Notes under the pieces: generated by a model
Database searches by the model: none
What the model saw: the letters and a program-made list of their open reading frames with translations, nothing else
What the model was told of the DNA's origin: nothing
NCBI GenBank assembly: GCA_913009825.1
Contig: CAJVYQ010000008.1
Location: 14,484 to 78,483 of the forward strand
Length of the DNA stretch: 64,000 nt
DNA from: an uncultured Deferribacteres bacterium
GTDB taxonomy: Bacteria; Zhuqueibacterota; JdFR-76; DREG01
Reading direction: 5' to 3'
Made by a program: the position numbers and the translations under genes
In this document: positions 39,205-49,646 of the stretch, piece by piece
How positions within the stretch are numbered: position 1 is the stretch's first letter
Layout of the letters: each line of letters begins with the position of its first letter

Positions 39205-39363
39205 GTAACTATTCAGGTGTTTTCTTTCAATCTTTTCACCTTGCCGTGAACGACAAGGCTAAGAAATGAAATGGCGCTAAAGCGTCCTATTTACGATAGC
39301 ATCCTTCAGGATGCTTTCATGTCTTAGCCTGAGGGTTCACTCTCAGGCGACCTGAATAGTTAC
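39205..39363. repeat. Family-4 TIR element (159 bp) carrying a family-5-type hairpin core
   Basis: The TIR gtaactattcaggtg (39205-39219) pairs with cgacctgaatagttac (39348-39363). The core (ggctaagaaatgaaatggcgctaaagcg...ggatgctttcat...cctgagggttcactctcagg) parallels the unit of the 29569-29885 tandem. Confidence 0.75.
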
Positions 39364-39543
39364 CAAATAATAAACACTTATTTACAAAATAACGATGAAA
39401 TTTAACATATTTTTATTTATATATCAACCCTTTTGTCACAAAATCGTGGATATAACAAAATATTTACATCAATATCTGAGATGACAAAATTCAATCCGAA
39501 TTGCCGGCTTTTAGACCGGAAAGGTTGATTAGTTACAGGCGGG

Positions 39544-40560
39544 TCAAACCGTACTGCTTCTATCAGCAAGAACAGGAAAGGTTTCCCCTTTATCTTGATC
39601 AATCGAGTAATATTGCACCAACAGATTGTCGATTTCTTCCCCCGTTTCCAACAGATGAACGGAGCTGCGGATTCTGCTTGCCCCCGGTTTTCCTTTAAGA
39701 TAAAACGCTAAAAATTTCCGTATCTCTTTTAGGGCGCGTTTTTCTCCCCGGTATTGAATCGCTAAATACAAATGTTCCCGGATTAATTGTAAAAATTCAA
39801 AATTTGTCGGAGAAAAAGGTTCCCGGCCGCTTAACAACTCCTGAATCTGACGGAAAATCCAGGGATTACGAAGAGCTCCCCGGGCAACCATAACAAAGTC
39901 ACAACCTGTTTCCTTCATCATCCGGATTGCATCCTCAGCCTGCCAAATATCGCCGTTGCCAATGATGGGAATTGTCAGATTTTGCTTCACTTCCTTAATC
40001 AAATTCCAGTCTGCCGCACCGGAATATCCCATAGATCTGGTACGCGGGTGAACCGTGACCGCCTGAATCCCGGCAGCTTCCAGTCTCCTCGCTGCTTCTG
40101 TAACTACAATCGTGTTTCTGTCCCAGCCGGAGCGAATTTTAGCCGTGACGGGGAGTGATACGGCACCGGCCACCGCAGCAGCAATTTTTTCCAAACGCGG
40201 TAAATCTTTCAACAGGGCTGCACCGGCCCCTTTTTTAACGACTTTTGGTACCGGACAGCCGAAATTGAGATCAATCAGATCGGGGCTGTAATTTTCCACA
40301 ATTTGGGCTGCGTTGGCCATAATTTCCGGCTCGCTGCCAAACAACTGAATACCGAAAGGCCTTTCATTCTTTTCAAATTCCAACAATTCCAGTGACTTTT
40401 CATTTTCCCGGACCAGGCCATCTGCGCTGACAAATTCACCAAAAAGAAGCGAGGCGCCGGTTTTTTTTAAAATTCGCCGAAATGCTTTGTCCGTATAGCC
40501 TGCCATTGGCGCCATCAATGCCGGAGAAGAAAATTTTATTTGCGAAAATTTTAGTACCAT
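39544..40560 (-). CDS. dusB: tRNA-dihydrouridine synthase
   Basis: The 338-aa product has the Dus signature (LMAPMAGYTDKAFRRI ... DLNFGCP ... the catalytic region around GNGDI). Confidence 0.88.
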   Translation of the reverse strand: MVLKFSQIKFSSPALMAPMAGYTDKAFRRILKKTGASLLFGEFVSADGLVRENEKSLELLEFEKNERPFGIQLFGSEPEIMANAAQIVENYSPDLIDLNFGCPVPKVVKKGAGAALLKDLPRLEKIAAAVAGAVSLPVTAKIRSGWDRNTIVVTEAARRLEAAGIQAVTVHPRTRSMGYSGAADWNLIKEVKQNLTIPIIGNGDIWQAEDAIRMMKETGCDFVMVARGALRNPWIFRQIQELLSGREPFSPTNFEFLQLIREHLYLAIQYRGEKRALKEIRKFLAFYLKGKPGASRIRSSVHLLETGEEIDNLLVQYYSIDQDKGETFPVLADRSSTV

Positions 40561-40995
40561 TTCTTTCGCACCATTCCGTTTTAGCTCTTTCGTCCCTGCT
40601 ATTCGATCCGGGCACTCTCTAATATAGAAGAATTTATCTCATTCCGCAAGAAATGAGGTGAAGGTTGCAGAATAATTAGGAGACTTACTGGATGTAAGTC
40701 GAATCGGTGATTCGACCTGCAAACACTCCCTGATATTTCAGCTCTTTGAAAAAATGACCGGTTTGTTAATAGGGCAAAATTTAAGCGGAATGACGACTTG
40801 GTGTGTCATGTCGGTTTATTGAAATGAGTGAAATTGGGCTAAAGTCGTCGCCATAAGTATTGTAACCAAATATCAACACGATCTAAAGATCGTGGTGATG
40901 AATGAATTTTTCAGGCTAACGAGACTGTGGAGCAATTATAAAAATAATTATGCCGCCCGGGGAGAGGATACATTCCATATTTTAATAATCTTTAC

Positions 40996-41024
40996 TTGAC
41001 ATTTCTTCATGTATTTCTTATCTT
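40996..41024 (+). promoter_or_regulatory. Candidate sigma70-type promoter for rpmB (-35 TTGACA, 17-nt spacer, -10 TATCTT)
   Basis: TTGACA is at 40996-41001 and TATCTT at 41019-41024. A GAGGG Shine-Dalgarno lies 9 nt before the rpmB ATG. Confidence 0.4.
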
Positions 41025-41062
41025 TAAAACCGTTTAAAAATAATGAAAGCGAGGGAATAAAG

Positions 41063-41254
41063 ATGGCTAAGCGTTGTGATATTTGCGGTAAAGGCCCCAT
41101 GGTTGGGAATAATGTCAGTCATGCACACAATTTGAGTAAACGCCGTTGGCTGCCAAACCTGCAGAAAGTGCGGGTAACCATCGATGGCAAAACAAAACGC
41201 ATGACGGTTTGTACAGAATGTATACGCTCCGGTAAGGTGCAAAAGGCAGCCTGA
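41063..41254 (+). CDS. rpmB: 50S ribosomal protein L28
   Basis: The product is [63 protein letters not shown]. The tracked ORF starts 18 codons upstream, but the true start is the Met of MAKRC. Confidence 0.92.
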   Translation: MAKRCDICGKGPMVGNNVSHAHNLSKRRWLPNLQKVRVTIDGKTKRMTVCTECIRSGKVQKAA

Positions 41255-41287
41255 GTATTTTTTAACATGGTTGCAAACGAAAATAAA

Positions 41288-41314
41288 AGAGCGGTTCCAA
41301 CCGCTTTTTTTATT
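41288..41314. terminator. Bidirectional intrinsic terminator between rpmB and the convergent 156-aa gene
   Basis: The stem gagcgg/ccgctt with loop ttccaa is followed by tttttttat on the plus strand and by an A/T-run on the opposite strand. Confidence 0.7.
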
Positions 41315-41785
41315 TCAATTCAACTCTGTGGCCAAAGCATAGCTTGATCCGGCATTAATCCAGCCAACAACCCTTTTTCTGATGCGATCAACTCTCCCCC
41401 CTACTAATTTCCACCGGTTCTCATTTTGATCGAATTTATAGATTCTGATTCGACTTTCATCGATGCCGTTTAAATTGGCATCCTTATAGGAGAGCCTTAC
41501 TTTAACCGGATCCGTTACTTCGGTCGAAAACTCAATTTTCCCCATCAGCAGGCCATGGGTTTTCCAGCAAAATCTTACATCCGTATTCTCGGCAACTGTG
41601 TCGGGAAGAATCACCACATCACTAATTCCACGGAACGGGTCTCCGACCCAAACATTTCCGCCCATTTGGGGCTTAATCTGCTTCACCCGGACAAACCGGG
41701 CGAAAGGTATATTATCATCGGTTTTCAGAATGTGGGGATTTTTCCTCTGTTTGCTGTACAAAACAAAACTTTTCATCATCATCAC
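41315..41785 (-). CDS. Hypothetical protein (156 aa)
   Basis: The ORF is complete, with an MMMMKSF start and no family I recognise. It is preceded by a long repeat-containing leader. Confidence 0.45.
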   Translation of the reverse strand: MMMMKSFVLYSKQRKNPHILKTDDNIPFARFVRVKQIKPQMGGNVWVGDPFRGISDVVILPDTVAENTDVRFCWKTHGLLMGKIEFSTEVTDPVKVRLSYKDANLNGIDESRIRIYKFDQNENRWKLVGGRVDRIRKRVVGWINAGSSYALATELN

Positions 41786-42184
41786 CTGTCCTCATCATTG
41801 TATAATCATCATTTCATTCACTGGTTATTCACTCACATAAAGTTCAAATTTTGTACCAAAGCCACTAACACATTAATTGATAATATGTTACAACATGTTT
41901 TATGTTGTTTAGGAAATGAAAAGGAAAAATAAATGGCTGAAATCAGCCAATTTTCGGCTCATTTCAGCCAATTGGTTCATCTCAGCCGTTTTTTAGAATA
42001 CGGGAGGAATGGGAATTTAACGAATAAAAACTTTTGCAACATTTTAGTCTTTTGATAAAATGTGCCTTTTTAATAGTTGATGAATTTTTACGATGTCATT
42101 CCGAATCCCCGCTCTTTTGGGTGAGGAATCTCATACCTTTCTATTTATGAGTCCACTCTAAAAAGACCCGGCAGGTTTAATCTC

Positions 42185-42303
42185 ACCTGAATTGAGCGAT
42201 TCTCTTGTTTTTGACCTTGTTTTTTTTACTAAACGGATTTTCATTTTTAATACAAATACGGCTGGCGATTCAGCGAATCGCCCTACAATCGCTCAATTCA
42301 GGT
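42185..42303 (+). repeat. Family-1 MITE copy C (119 bp) with TSD CTC, nested inside a second palindromic element
   Basis: The termini are acctgaattgagcgattc and gaatcgccctacaatcgctcaattcaggt (the last 18 nt are the TIR), with the internal hairpin ggcgattcagcgaatcgcc. The flanks read ctc at 42182-42184 and ctc at 42304-42306. The outer inverted repeats are ctctaaaaagacccggcaggttt (42158-42180) and aaacctgccgggtctaaaac...tttttagagt (42353-42396). Confidence 0.85.
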
Positions 42304-42498
42304 CTCAATTATATTTGGGGAAATTTAATATTTATCATCAACAACTTAGCTAAAACCTGCCGGGTCTAAAACGGGATAATTATGGTTTTTAGAGTCGTTT
42401 CATGGATATTTCAAAAAATTAAATTGACAAAAACAGATCGATAATTTACGGCGCACCGTAATGATGCGCCGCAAAGTATCTTTGGGAGCATGAGCAAT

Positions 42499-43731
42499 CT
42501 ATGATTCATTAACCTGCCTGTTTCTGATAAAGGCAGGAATATCATACACATCTTCCCCATCGCCTTTACTGCCTGAAGAATCGCTGAACTCTTTCTGTTC
42601 CTTGCGTTTGAAAGTGGGAATGTCCAATACACGCCGCCTGGAACCGATGATATCAAAGAAAGGATTCCGGGTTTCCAGAACATTACTGTTCGATTCGCCA
42701 TCCAAACCTGTGGCGATTACCGTAACCCGGATCTCTTCTTTGATGTTTTCGTCCAAAATAGCGCCGAAAATAATGTTGGCGTCACTGCCCACAGAATCGT
42801 ACACAACGGATGTGGCATTTTTCACATCATCCAGCGTAAGATCGTATCCGCCGGAAATGTTAATCAAAATACCTTTGGCGCCTTCGATGGAGATTTCTTC
42901 CAATAAAGGACTGGAGATCGCCATTTTGGCCGCCTCCATCGCCCGGTCCTGACCATCGGCAATGCCGGTGCCCATCAGCGCATTGCCCATTTCAGCCATA
43001 ATTGCTTTTATATCGGCAAAATCCAGATTGATCAAACCGGGAACGGTAATCAAATCCGAAATGCCCTGTGTGGCATGGAGCAGGATATCGTCGGCAATGC
43101 CAAATGCTTTCAGCAGCGGCGTCCCTTTGGGCACAATGGAAAACAGTCTTTGATTGGGAATGGTAATCAGCGTGTCCACTTTTTCACGAAGCAACTGAAT
43201 TCCTTCCAAAGCACGTTTGGTGCGCTTCATTCCTTCAAACTGAAACGGTTTGGTAACAATGGCCACGGTCAAAGCGCCCTCGCTTTTAGCAATTTCCGCT
43301 ATGATGGGAGCCGCACCTGTGCCGGTACCTCCTCCCATGCCTGCCGTGATGAACACCATATCCGTGTCCGACAGGGCTCTTTTCACTACTTCGCGGTCTT
43401 CTTCAATCGCTTCTTTGCCGATTTCAGGATCAGCGCCGGCGCCGAGTCCTTTGGTTAATTTTTTGCCGATTTGAATTTTTTGTTTCGCCTTGTTTACATT
43501 AAGCGCCTGTTGATCCGTGTTGATCACAATGAAATCAACACCCTGGAGACCGGCTTCAATCATCCGGTTAAGTGCATTGCCTCCGGCGCCGCCAATGCCT
43601 ACTACTTTCATTCTGGCATTGGATTCGCCCTCTTTGTCAAGTTCAATTGTCAGGGACATAGCCCCCTCCTTCCTGTTTGGTTCAAAGATAAGATTATTTT
43701 CTTCTTCCCAGTCAAATTGTAATTGATCCAT
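42499..43731 (-). CDS. ftsZ: Cell division protein FtsZ
   Basis: It has the tubulin signature GGGTGTG and the N-terminal region [15 protein letters not shown]. Confidence 0.95.
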   Translation of the reverse strand: MDQLQFDWEEENNLIFEPNRKEGAMSLTIELDKEGESNARMKVVGIGGAGGNALNRMIEAGLQGVDFIVINTDQQALNVNKAKQKIQIGKKLTKGLGAGADPEIGKEAIEEDREVVKRALSDTDMVFITAGMGGGTGTGAAPIIAEIAKSEGALTVAIVTKPFQFEGMKRTKRALEGIQLLREKVDTLITIPNQRLFSIVPKGTPLLKAFGIADDILLHATQGISDLITVPGLINLDFADIKAIMAEMGNALMGTGIADGQDRAMEAAKMAISSPLLEEISIEGAKGILINISGGYDLTLDDVKNATSVVYDSVGSDANIIFGAILDENIKEEIRVTVIATGLDGESNSNVLETRNPFFDIIGSRRRVLDIPTFKRKEQKEFSDSSGSKGDGEDVYDIPAFIRNRQVNES

Positions 43732-43740
43732 GATTCACCT

Positions 43741-45126
43741 CTAAAAATTTTTACTCCAGGAATAAAATTTAGTCCCGATCGATTTCATCCAGTTCATAAT
43801 GGAATCGAACATGTGTGCTTCGTCCGTTTCTTCTTCACTGAAATCATTTTCTTTTTCATTAATTCCATACTGAATCAGCCCAATCCCGGTAGCATGAATG
43901 GGTGATCCGGCCAATCCGACCAGTCCACCGAAACCATGGGGCACACCCATTTTAACCGGCATATCAAAAATCTGTTCGCCTAACTCAATAATTCCTTCCA
44001 ACATGGAGCCGCCGCCGGTTAGAACAAACCCGGCGCTGAGGAAATCAGCATAATCGGAACGGTACACTTCCCGTTTTGCCAGCGTCAAAATTTCTTCGAT
44101 TCTCGGCCGGATTATTTCGGTGAGAAAAGATTTTGGCACCAGCGAAGAAGGCCTGCCGCCCACACCGGGTACTTCAATCATTTCAGTTTGATCCTCTCTC
44201 CGCCCCAGTGTGCAACCGTATTTCAGTTTTATTTTTTCCGCCTGGTCCAGGGGCGTCCGTAATCCCTGGGCAATGTCATTGGTAACATTCCTGCCGCCCA
44301 AACCGATCACCGCCGTGTGCCGGATACTGCCTTCGTAAAAAAGTGCAATATCGGTGGTGCCGCCGCCAAGATCGATCAGCCCAACGCCAATCTCCTTTTC
44401 GTCATCCCCTAAAACGGAATAACTGGAAGCCAACGGTTCCAGCACCAGATTTTTTACTTTCAAACCGGCGCGTTGAACACAACGGTAAATATTTTGTGCG
44501 GAAGTAACGGCGCCGGTAACAATGTGCACTTCGGCTTCCAGGCGTACTCCCGAAAATCCGATAGGCGTCTTAATGCTGCCCTGATCATCCACGATGTATT
44601 CCTGGGGAATAACATGAATAATTTCCCGGTCAATGGGCAGCGAAACAGCTTTTGCCGCTTCGGTCACCCGCCGGATATCGTCCGCTTTAATTTCATGATC
44701 CGGCCCGGAAACAGCCACCACACCGCGGCTGTTGATGCTGCGGATGTGATCGCCGGCGATACCCACATAAACCGAATCAACCTCGACACCGGCCATCAAT
44801 TCCACCTCTTTCACTGCCCGGGTAATGGATTGCACGGTTTTTTCAAGATTGACGACAACACCGCGGCGCAAACCGTCGGACGGCGCCATACCGACACCGA
44901 TCACATTCAGCATTTCGTGCTCATCTACCTCGGCAATGATAACGGCAATTTTATTCGTACCGATATCCAAACCGCTGTAAATCCGGTTTACAGCATACTG
45001 TTTTCTTCCCGTTTTCTCCGGCGCCGGCACCGGTTTTGGTTCCACAAGCGGTTTCCGTTTATGGTTGTTCCTCTCCAAAACGGTAAACAGGTCCGGCGTA
45101 TCACCAAAATATGCTCTTTTGCTCAT
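43741..45126 (-). CDS. ftsA: Cell division protein FtsA
   Basis: The 461-aa product has an actin-like ATPase fold (LDIGTNKIAVIIAEV ... DLGGGTTDIALF). Confidence 0.92.
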   Translation of the reverse strand: MSKRAYFGDTPDLFTVLERNNHKRKPLVEPKPVPAPEKTGRKQYAVNRIYSGLDIGTNKIAVIIAEVDEHEMLNVIGVGMAPSDGLRRGVVVNLEKTVQSITRAVKEVELMAGVEVDSVYVGIAGDHIRSINSRGVVAVSGPDHEIKADDIRRVTEAAKAVSLPIDREIIHVIPQEYIVDDQGSIKTPIGFSGVRLEAEVHIVTGAVTSAQNIYRCVQRAGLKVKNLVLEPLASSYSVLGDDEKEIGVGLIDLGGGTTDIALFYEGSIRHTAVIGLGGRNVTNDIAQGLRTPLDQAEKIKLKYGCTLGRREDQTEMIEVPGVGGRPSSLVPKSFLTEIIRPRIEEILTLAKREVYRSDYADFLSAGFVLTGGGSMLEGIIELGEQIFDMPVKMGVPHGFGGLVGLAGSPIHATGIGLIQYGINEKENDFSEEETDEAHMFDSIMNWMKSIGTKFYSWSKNF

Positions 45127-45201
45127 AAGCTCCCTCTCTCTAAAACTTTCTGGAGTTTTGTCTATCTTGGATTCGAAATAACGATGACAATTTTTTTTCG
45201 T

Positions 45202-45942
45202 TTAAAACTTTGCCACCACTTGTTCGCGAAATCGTAAATCAACATATTTTAAAGAACCGTATCTTTTTTCTTCTTTCACGCGCGCAAAAAATGCCTGCAA
45301 TTTCCGGGCTTTTTCATAAAAACCGCCAAAACCGAAATAGGCCGGAAAACGGGCATCATTAAAATTAACCAAAAATCCCTTCCGGTTATCGTAATGAACT
45401 TCAGACAAATTTTGGTACAGGCCGGAATCGACACTTCGGATCAGATTAAACAGGTTAATCGCCTGGATAACCCGATCCGATTCCACCATTGCCCCGGGAT
45501 TTTCCCGAAAATTATCGATGCCGGTGATGATAGGCAAACCATGCAACGCAACCGATTTCAACCTGGGCAGCAGGAAACCGGTTTCATCCACAGCAAACAG
45601 ATGTGTACCGTTCAAAAAAGCGACCGGTACCCTTTCCACAATGTCGATGCGCAAAGTCGATGGAAAACGCCGGGAAATCAATGCCGTTTCAATGTAAGGA
45701 TGAACCTCGATTGCCTTTTGAATATCCAACAGATCAATGCCGGTGATATTTTGTCCCTTCCTGACCGGAGCGAGTTTCAAAATTTCATCCGTGGTCACCA
45801 GACGATTTCCTTCCACATCCACATCGCTTAATCGCAGCGTGGTGCTGTGGTTCATCCATTCCACCAGCTTATTGCCGAGAAGAAACAACCCCGCGGCGAT
45901 TGTTAGAATAACTATACTTTTTGTGATTTTCTTCACAAGCAT
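45202..45942 (-). CDS. ftsQ: Cell division protein FtsQ/DivIB (POTRA)
   Basis: It has an N-terminal TM helix followed by the POTRA segment (LRLSDVDVEGNRLVTTDEI). Confidence 0.8.
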   Translation of the reverse strand: MLVKKITKSIVILTIAAGLFLLGNKLVEWMNHSTTLRLSDVDVEGNRLVTTDEILKLAPVRKGQNITGIDLLDIQKAIEVHPYIETALISRRFPSTLRIDIVERVPVAFLNGTHLFAVDETGFLLPRLKSVALHGLPIITGIDNFRENPGAMVESDRVIQAINLFNLIRSVDSGLYQNLSEVHYDNRKGFLVNFNDARFPAYFGFGGFYEKARKLQAFFARVKEEKRYGSLKYVDLRFREQVVAKF

Positions 45943-45962
45943 TTTGATCTTTCTTTGCCTTG

Positions 45963-46082
45963 ACCTAAATTGAGCGATTTTCTTGTTTTTAAGCTTAATG
46001 CTGAAACCAAAAAGGTTTTCATTTCTAATAGTAATCTCTGCTGGCGATTCAGCGAATCGCCTTACAATCGCTCAATTTAGGT
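45963..46082 (+). repeat. Family-1 MITE copy D (120 bp) with TSD TTG
   Basis: The termini are acctaaattgagcgatt and aatcgctcaatttaggt, with the internal hairpin ggcgattcagcgaatcgcc. The flanks read ttg at 45960-45962 and ttg at 46083-46085. Confidence 0.85.
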
Positions 46083-46255
46083 TTGAATAAACTTTTTATA
46101 AATACCACTACCAAAAGTAGTGGTTTTTTGAATTAATAAACTGCCGCGACATCTACTGCACTATACAGCAAAAATGTCCGGTTTATAATTTTCTCTGCCT
46201 GCCAATCAACTTTACAAGCCCGGCATCACTACTTTTGATCCGTTACTAAACTTCT

Positions 46256-47362
46256 TCAATCAACCAGGATAAGCTTACATAAATCAGAAACAATATCATG
46301 AGCTGCATTTGGTTTCGCCATGCCTTTCATTTTTTTCTTCATTTGTGCTAATCGGCTATCATCATCTATCAGAGCCTTAATTGTTGTCAGTAAAATATCA
46401 CCGGTGGTTTCGCTTTCCGGCAAATATTTGGCTGCTCCCGTTTTTTCCAATTCCATTGCGTTGTACTTTTGGTGATCGCCCGTCGCAAACGGAAAGGGGA
46501 TCAATATAGCGGGAATCCCCAAATAGGTTAATTCCGCAATGGTAGTCGCCCCGGCACGACACAAAGTCAGATCACAAGCAGTATAAGCAGTGTACATGTC
46601 TTCGATGAAAGCAAAAAGATGCAACCCTTCCAAATCACCCGATTCCCGGGCGATTTTATCAAAATGATTCGGCCCGGTCGCCCAGACAATTTGAATACGG
46701 TCATCTGCAAGTAATTGGCGTGTAATGCCAAGAAGAAGCTTGTTAAGACCCAAACCACCCTGACTGCCGCCGAAGACAAGCAAGGTTTTTTTATCTGCTG
46801 CCAACCCAAATTTTTTTGCTGCCGATTCCCGGTCCAAATCAACTTTCATCTGACGTACCGGATTGCCGAAAACTTCTATTTTCCCCTGATTTTTGAAATA
46901 TTGCCGGGACGAATCATAAGTTAAATACACCCGTTTTGCCACACGGGACAACAACCGGGTTGTCACACCGGGGTAGCTGTTCTGTTCCTGAACCGCGGTG
47001 CTGATTCCGGCCACCCGGGCGGCAAAAACCACCGGGGCGCTCACATAGCCGCCGGTGCCGATGACCAGATTGGAACGATTAAACAGAAAATGGAAAATGA
47101 GAAAGAGCAGGCTGCCCGGCAGTTCAACGGGAATCAAAAAATTTGACAGAGCAAAAGATCGACGAAAACCCCGGATTTTAATGGTGCTCAACTGAAATCC
47201 CAACTGGTGCCGCAGACGGTATTCAACGCCTCTCTTTGTGCCCCAGAAACGGATTTCGCAGGACGGGAATCTTCGTTTAAACTCCTGCGCTAAAGACAGC
47301 GCCGGGAAAAGGTGTCCGGCTGTGCCGCCGCCGGCAAAATCAATCCGTTTCAATTCCTGCAA
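46256..47362 (-). CDS. murG: UDP-N-acetylglucosamine--N-acetylmuramyl-(pentapeptide) pyrophosphoryl-undecaprenol N-acetylglucosamine transferase
   Basis: It has the GGTAGHLFPAL N-terminal motif and a C-terminal donor-binding domain. Confidence 0.92.
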   Translation of the reverse strand: MQELKRIDFAGGGTAGHLFPALSLAQEFKRRFPSCEIRFWGTKRGVEYRLRHQLGFQLSTIKIRGFRRSFALSNFLIPVELPGSLLFLIFHFLFNRSNLVIGTGGYVSAPVVFAARVAGISTAVQEQNSYPGVTTRLLSRVAKRVYLTYDSSRQYFKNQGKIEVFGNPVRQMKVDLDRESAAKKFGLAADKKTLLVFGGSQGGLGLNKLLLGITRQLLADDRIQIVWATGPNHFDKIARESGDLEGLHLFAFIEDMYTAYTACDLTLCRAGATTIAELTYLGIPAILIPFPFATGDHQKYNAMELEKTGAAKYLPESETTGDILLTTIKALIDDDSRLAQMKKKMKGMAKPNAAHDIVSDLCKLILVD

Positions 47363-47401
47363 AACTCTTACTCCCTCAAATGGGCCACTGATGCACCCTG
47401 T

Positions 47402-48538
47402 CTATCGCCGTTCCGATCTTCTTCTTTTTTTTCCTGCCAACCGGAATTCGTTGTGTTGGGAAATATTCAGCAAGATACCGATTCCGGCCAGAGAAGAGAT
47501 CATGAATGATCCGCCGTAACTGATCAACGGCATGGGCAGCCCTTTTGTCGGAAACAGGTTGCAAACCACGCCGGCATTTAAAAAAGCATACAGCGCCAGG
47601 CTTGTTGTAATTCCGGTAGCTAAAATGGCACCGCCCTCATCCCGGCATTTGTAGGCGATCCGGTATCCTTCCATCACAATAAGAAGAAAAAGGGTTAACA
47701 AAATCAGGGCGCCCAAAAAGCCAAATTCCTCGCCTACGATAGCAAAGATAAAATCCGTGAACGGTTCAGGTAAAAATTCCAGTTTCTGTGTGCTGTTGTC
47801 CAATCCCTGCCCTATTAAACCGCCGTTGCCCAAACTGATCAACGATTGCTGCACCTGGTAGCTCAACGGCAGATCATGAAAAATGGAATCGAAATAGTTT
47901 TTTATACGGATCCACTGATATTGCTTCAAAAAAAATGGCGCCGCAACCACTCCAAGCGTAAGGATGGTGCCGATGTGAAGAAACGGCACTCCAGCCGTCA
48001 AAAAAATCACCGTACCGATGGTGAACAAGATAACCACCGAACCCATGTCCGGTTGTTTCAACAGCAGCACAGAAACGAGGCCAAGAACAATAAATTGCGG
48101 CAGGATTCCCACTTTCCAGTCATCCAGATACTCTTGTTTGCGCACCATGGCGTCGGTGAGGTAAAAAATGATCGCCAGGCGGACAAAATCCACCGGCTGA
48201 AATTGAAAACCGTAAATTTTGATCCACCGTGTGGCCGTACCGTGCGATTCACCAAAAATCAGCACCGCTGCCAAAAGCCCAATGCCAAGCAGGAGCCAAA
48301 ATTTAGCCGTGCTGAGCCACATTTTGTAGGGGATCAAAGCGGTAATTGCCATAACAATCAATCCGGCAAGGACACGGTAAAAGTGTTTGCGAAAGAACAA
48401 AGAACCGTCTTCGTATTTTTTCAGCGCCACATGATGGCTGGCGCTGTAAACCATAACCAGCCCGATGCAAAGCAGCAAGATGACAATGCCGAACAGGAAA
48501 TAGTTGTAGCGATTTTCTTCAAAATTCCGTTTTATCAT
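47402..48538 (-). CDS. ftsW: SEDS-family peptidoglycan glycosyltransferase FtsW
   Basis: The 378-aa polytopic membrane protein belongs to the FtsW/RodA/SpoVE family and sits in the dcw cluster between mraY and murG. Confidence 0.88.
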   Translation of the reverse strand: MIKRNFEENRYNYFLFGIVILLLCIGLVMVYSASHHVALKKYEDGSLFFRKHFYRVLAGLIVMAITALIPYKMWLSTAKFWLLLGIGLLAAVLIFGESHGTATRWIKIYGFQFQPVDFVRLAIIFYLTDAMVRKQEYLDDWKVGILPQFIVLGLVSVLLLKQPDMGSVVILFTIGTVIFLTAGVPFLHIGTILTLGVVAAPFFLKQYQWIRIKNYFDSIFHDLPLSYQVQQSLISLGNGGLIGQGLDNSTQKLEFLPEPFTDFIFAIVGEEFGFLGALILLTLFLLIVMEGYRIAYKCRDEGGAILATGITTSLALYAFLNAGVVCNLFPTKGLPMPLISYGGSFMISSLAGIGILLNISQHNEFRLAGKKRRRSERR

Positions 48539-49623
48539 CGTATTTTAAACAGACTCAGGCTAAATAATAACAACAGGATTCCGACAATCCAGAAGCGGAC
48601 AACAATTTTTTGCTCCGGAATTCCCTTCAATTCGTAATGGTGGTGCAACGGAGCCATGAGGAAAATTCTTTTCCCTCCCCGGTAGCGGAACGAAAGCACC
48701 TGCAAAATCACCGAAAGAGATTCCACAACAAAAACACCGCCGATGACCAACAGCATCAACTCTTTCTTGGTTAAAATTGCCAGGGTTCCTAAAGCACCGC
48801 CCAAGGTTAAACTGCCCACATCACCCATAAAAATTTCCGCCGGCGAAGAGTTGAACCAAAGGAAACCGATAGCAGCACCCAACATAGCTGCACAATAAAC
48901 GGTTAATTCCCCTGCATCTTTGAGATACATCACATTGAGATACTCACTAAAGTCCACACGTCCGCTGATATAACTGATAAAGGCCCAGGCCAGCGCGGAG
49001 ATGCCAACCAGTCCAACCGCCAGGCCATCCAAACCATCGGTCAAATTTACCGAGTTGGATGTAGCCGTGACCACCAAAATAGCCACCGGAATGATAAAAA
49101 TGCCCAAATCGATGACATAATTCTTAAAGAAGGGGATGAACGTTTGCGAATGGATCCCCTCGTAAACAGGAGAAAACCAGACCACCAAACCGATGAAAAG
49201 TCCCAGCGAAATCTGGCCGGCCAATTTATATCTGCCAATCAACCCTTTCGGATATTTTTTTATCACCTTCAGGTAGTCATCCACAAAACCGATGAAAGCC
49301 ATAAAAACGGTTGCTGCTAAAATGACCCAGGTGAATATGGTATCCAGTCTGGCAAAGAGAACCGTGGGCACAACAATGGCAGTAAGAATGATGATGCCGC
49401 CGAATGTTGGTGTGCCGGATTTTTTCTTGTGGCTCTCCGGTCCGTCGGCATCAATCTCTTCACCGATCTGTTTGTGGCGCATGTAACGGATCACAATCGG
49501 CCCGATGTAAAAACTGATGAACAGCGCTAAAATCGCTGCCGCTGCGGACCGGAATGTAATATAGCGAAATACATTAAAACCAAAAAAGTGATCCCGCAGC
49601 GGATATAGCAGATGATATAACAT
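48535..49623 (-). CDS. mraY: Phospho-N-acetylmuramoyl-pentapeptide transferase
   Basis: MraY motifs are present and the protein is polytopic, with a 4-nt overlap with ftsW. Confidence 0.93.
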   Translation of the reverse strand: MLYHLLYPLRDHFFGFNVFRYITFRSAAAAILALFISFYIGPIVIRYMRHKQIGEEIDADGPESHKKKSGTPTFGGIIILTAIVVPTVLFARLDTIFTWVILAATVFMAFIGFVDDYLKVIKKYPKGLIGRYKLAGQISLGLFIGLVVWFSPVYEGIHSQTFIPFFKNYVIDLGIFIIPVAILVVTATSNSVNLTDGLDGLAVGLVGISALAWAFISYISGRVDFSEYLNVMYLKDAGELTVYCAAMLGAAIGFLWFNSSPAEIFMGDVGSLTLGGALGTLAILTKKELMLLVIGGVFVVESLSVILQVLSFRYRGGKRIFLMAPLHHHYELKGIPEQKIVVRFWIVGILLLLFSLSLFKIR

Positions 49624-49646
49624 GCTTTTTCCTCAGATCAGCAAAA

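Noticed and set aside
41933-42058. Possible 41-codon ORF starting ATGGCTGAAATCAGCC with an upstream AAGGA
   Set aside because: The reading frame is built from nucleotide-level direct repeats (tcagccaatt twice). A non-coding repeat or regulatory site is the more parsimonious reading.
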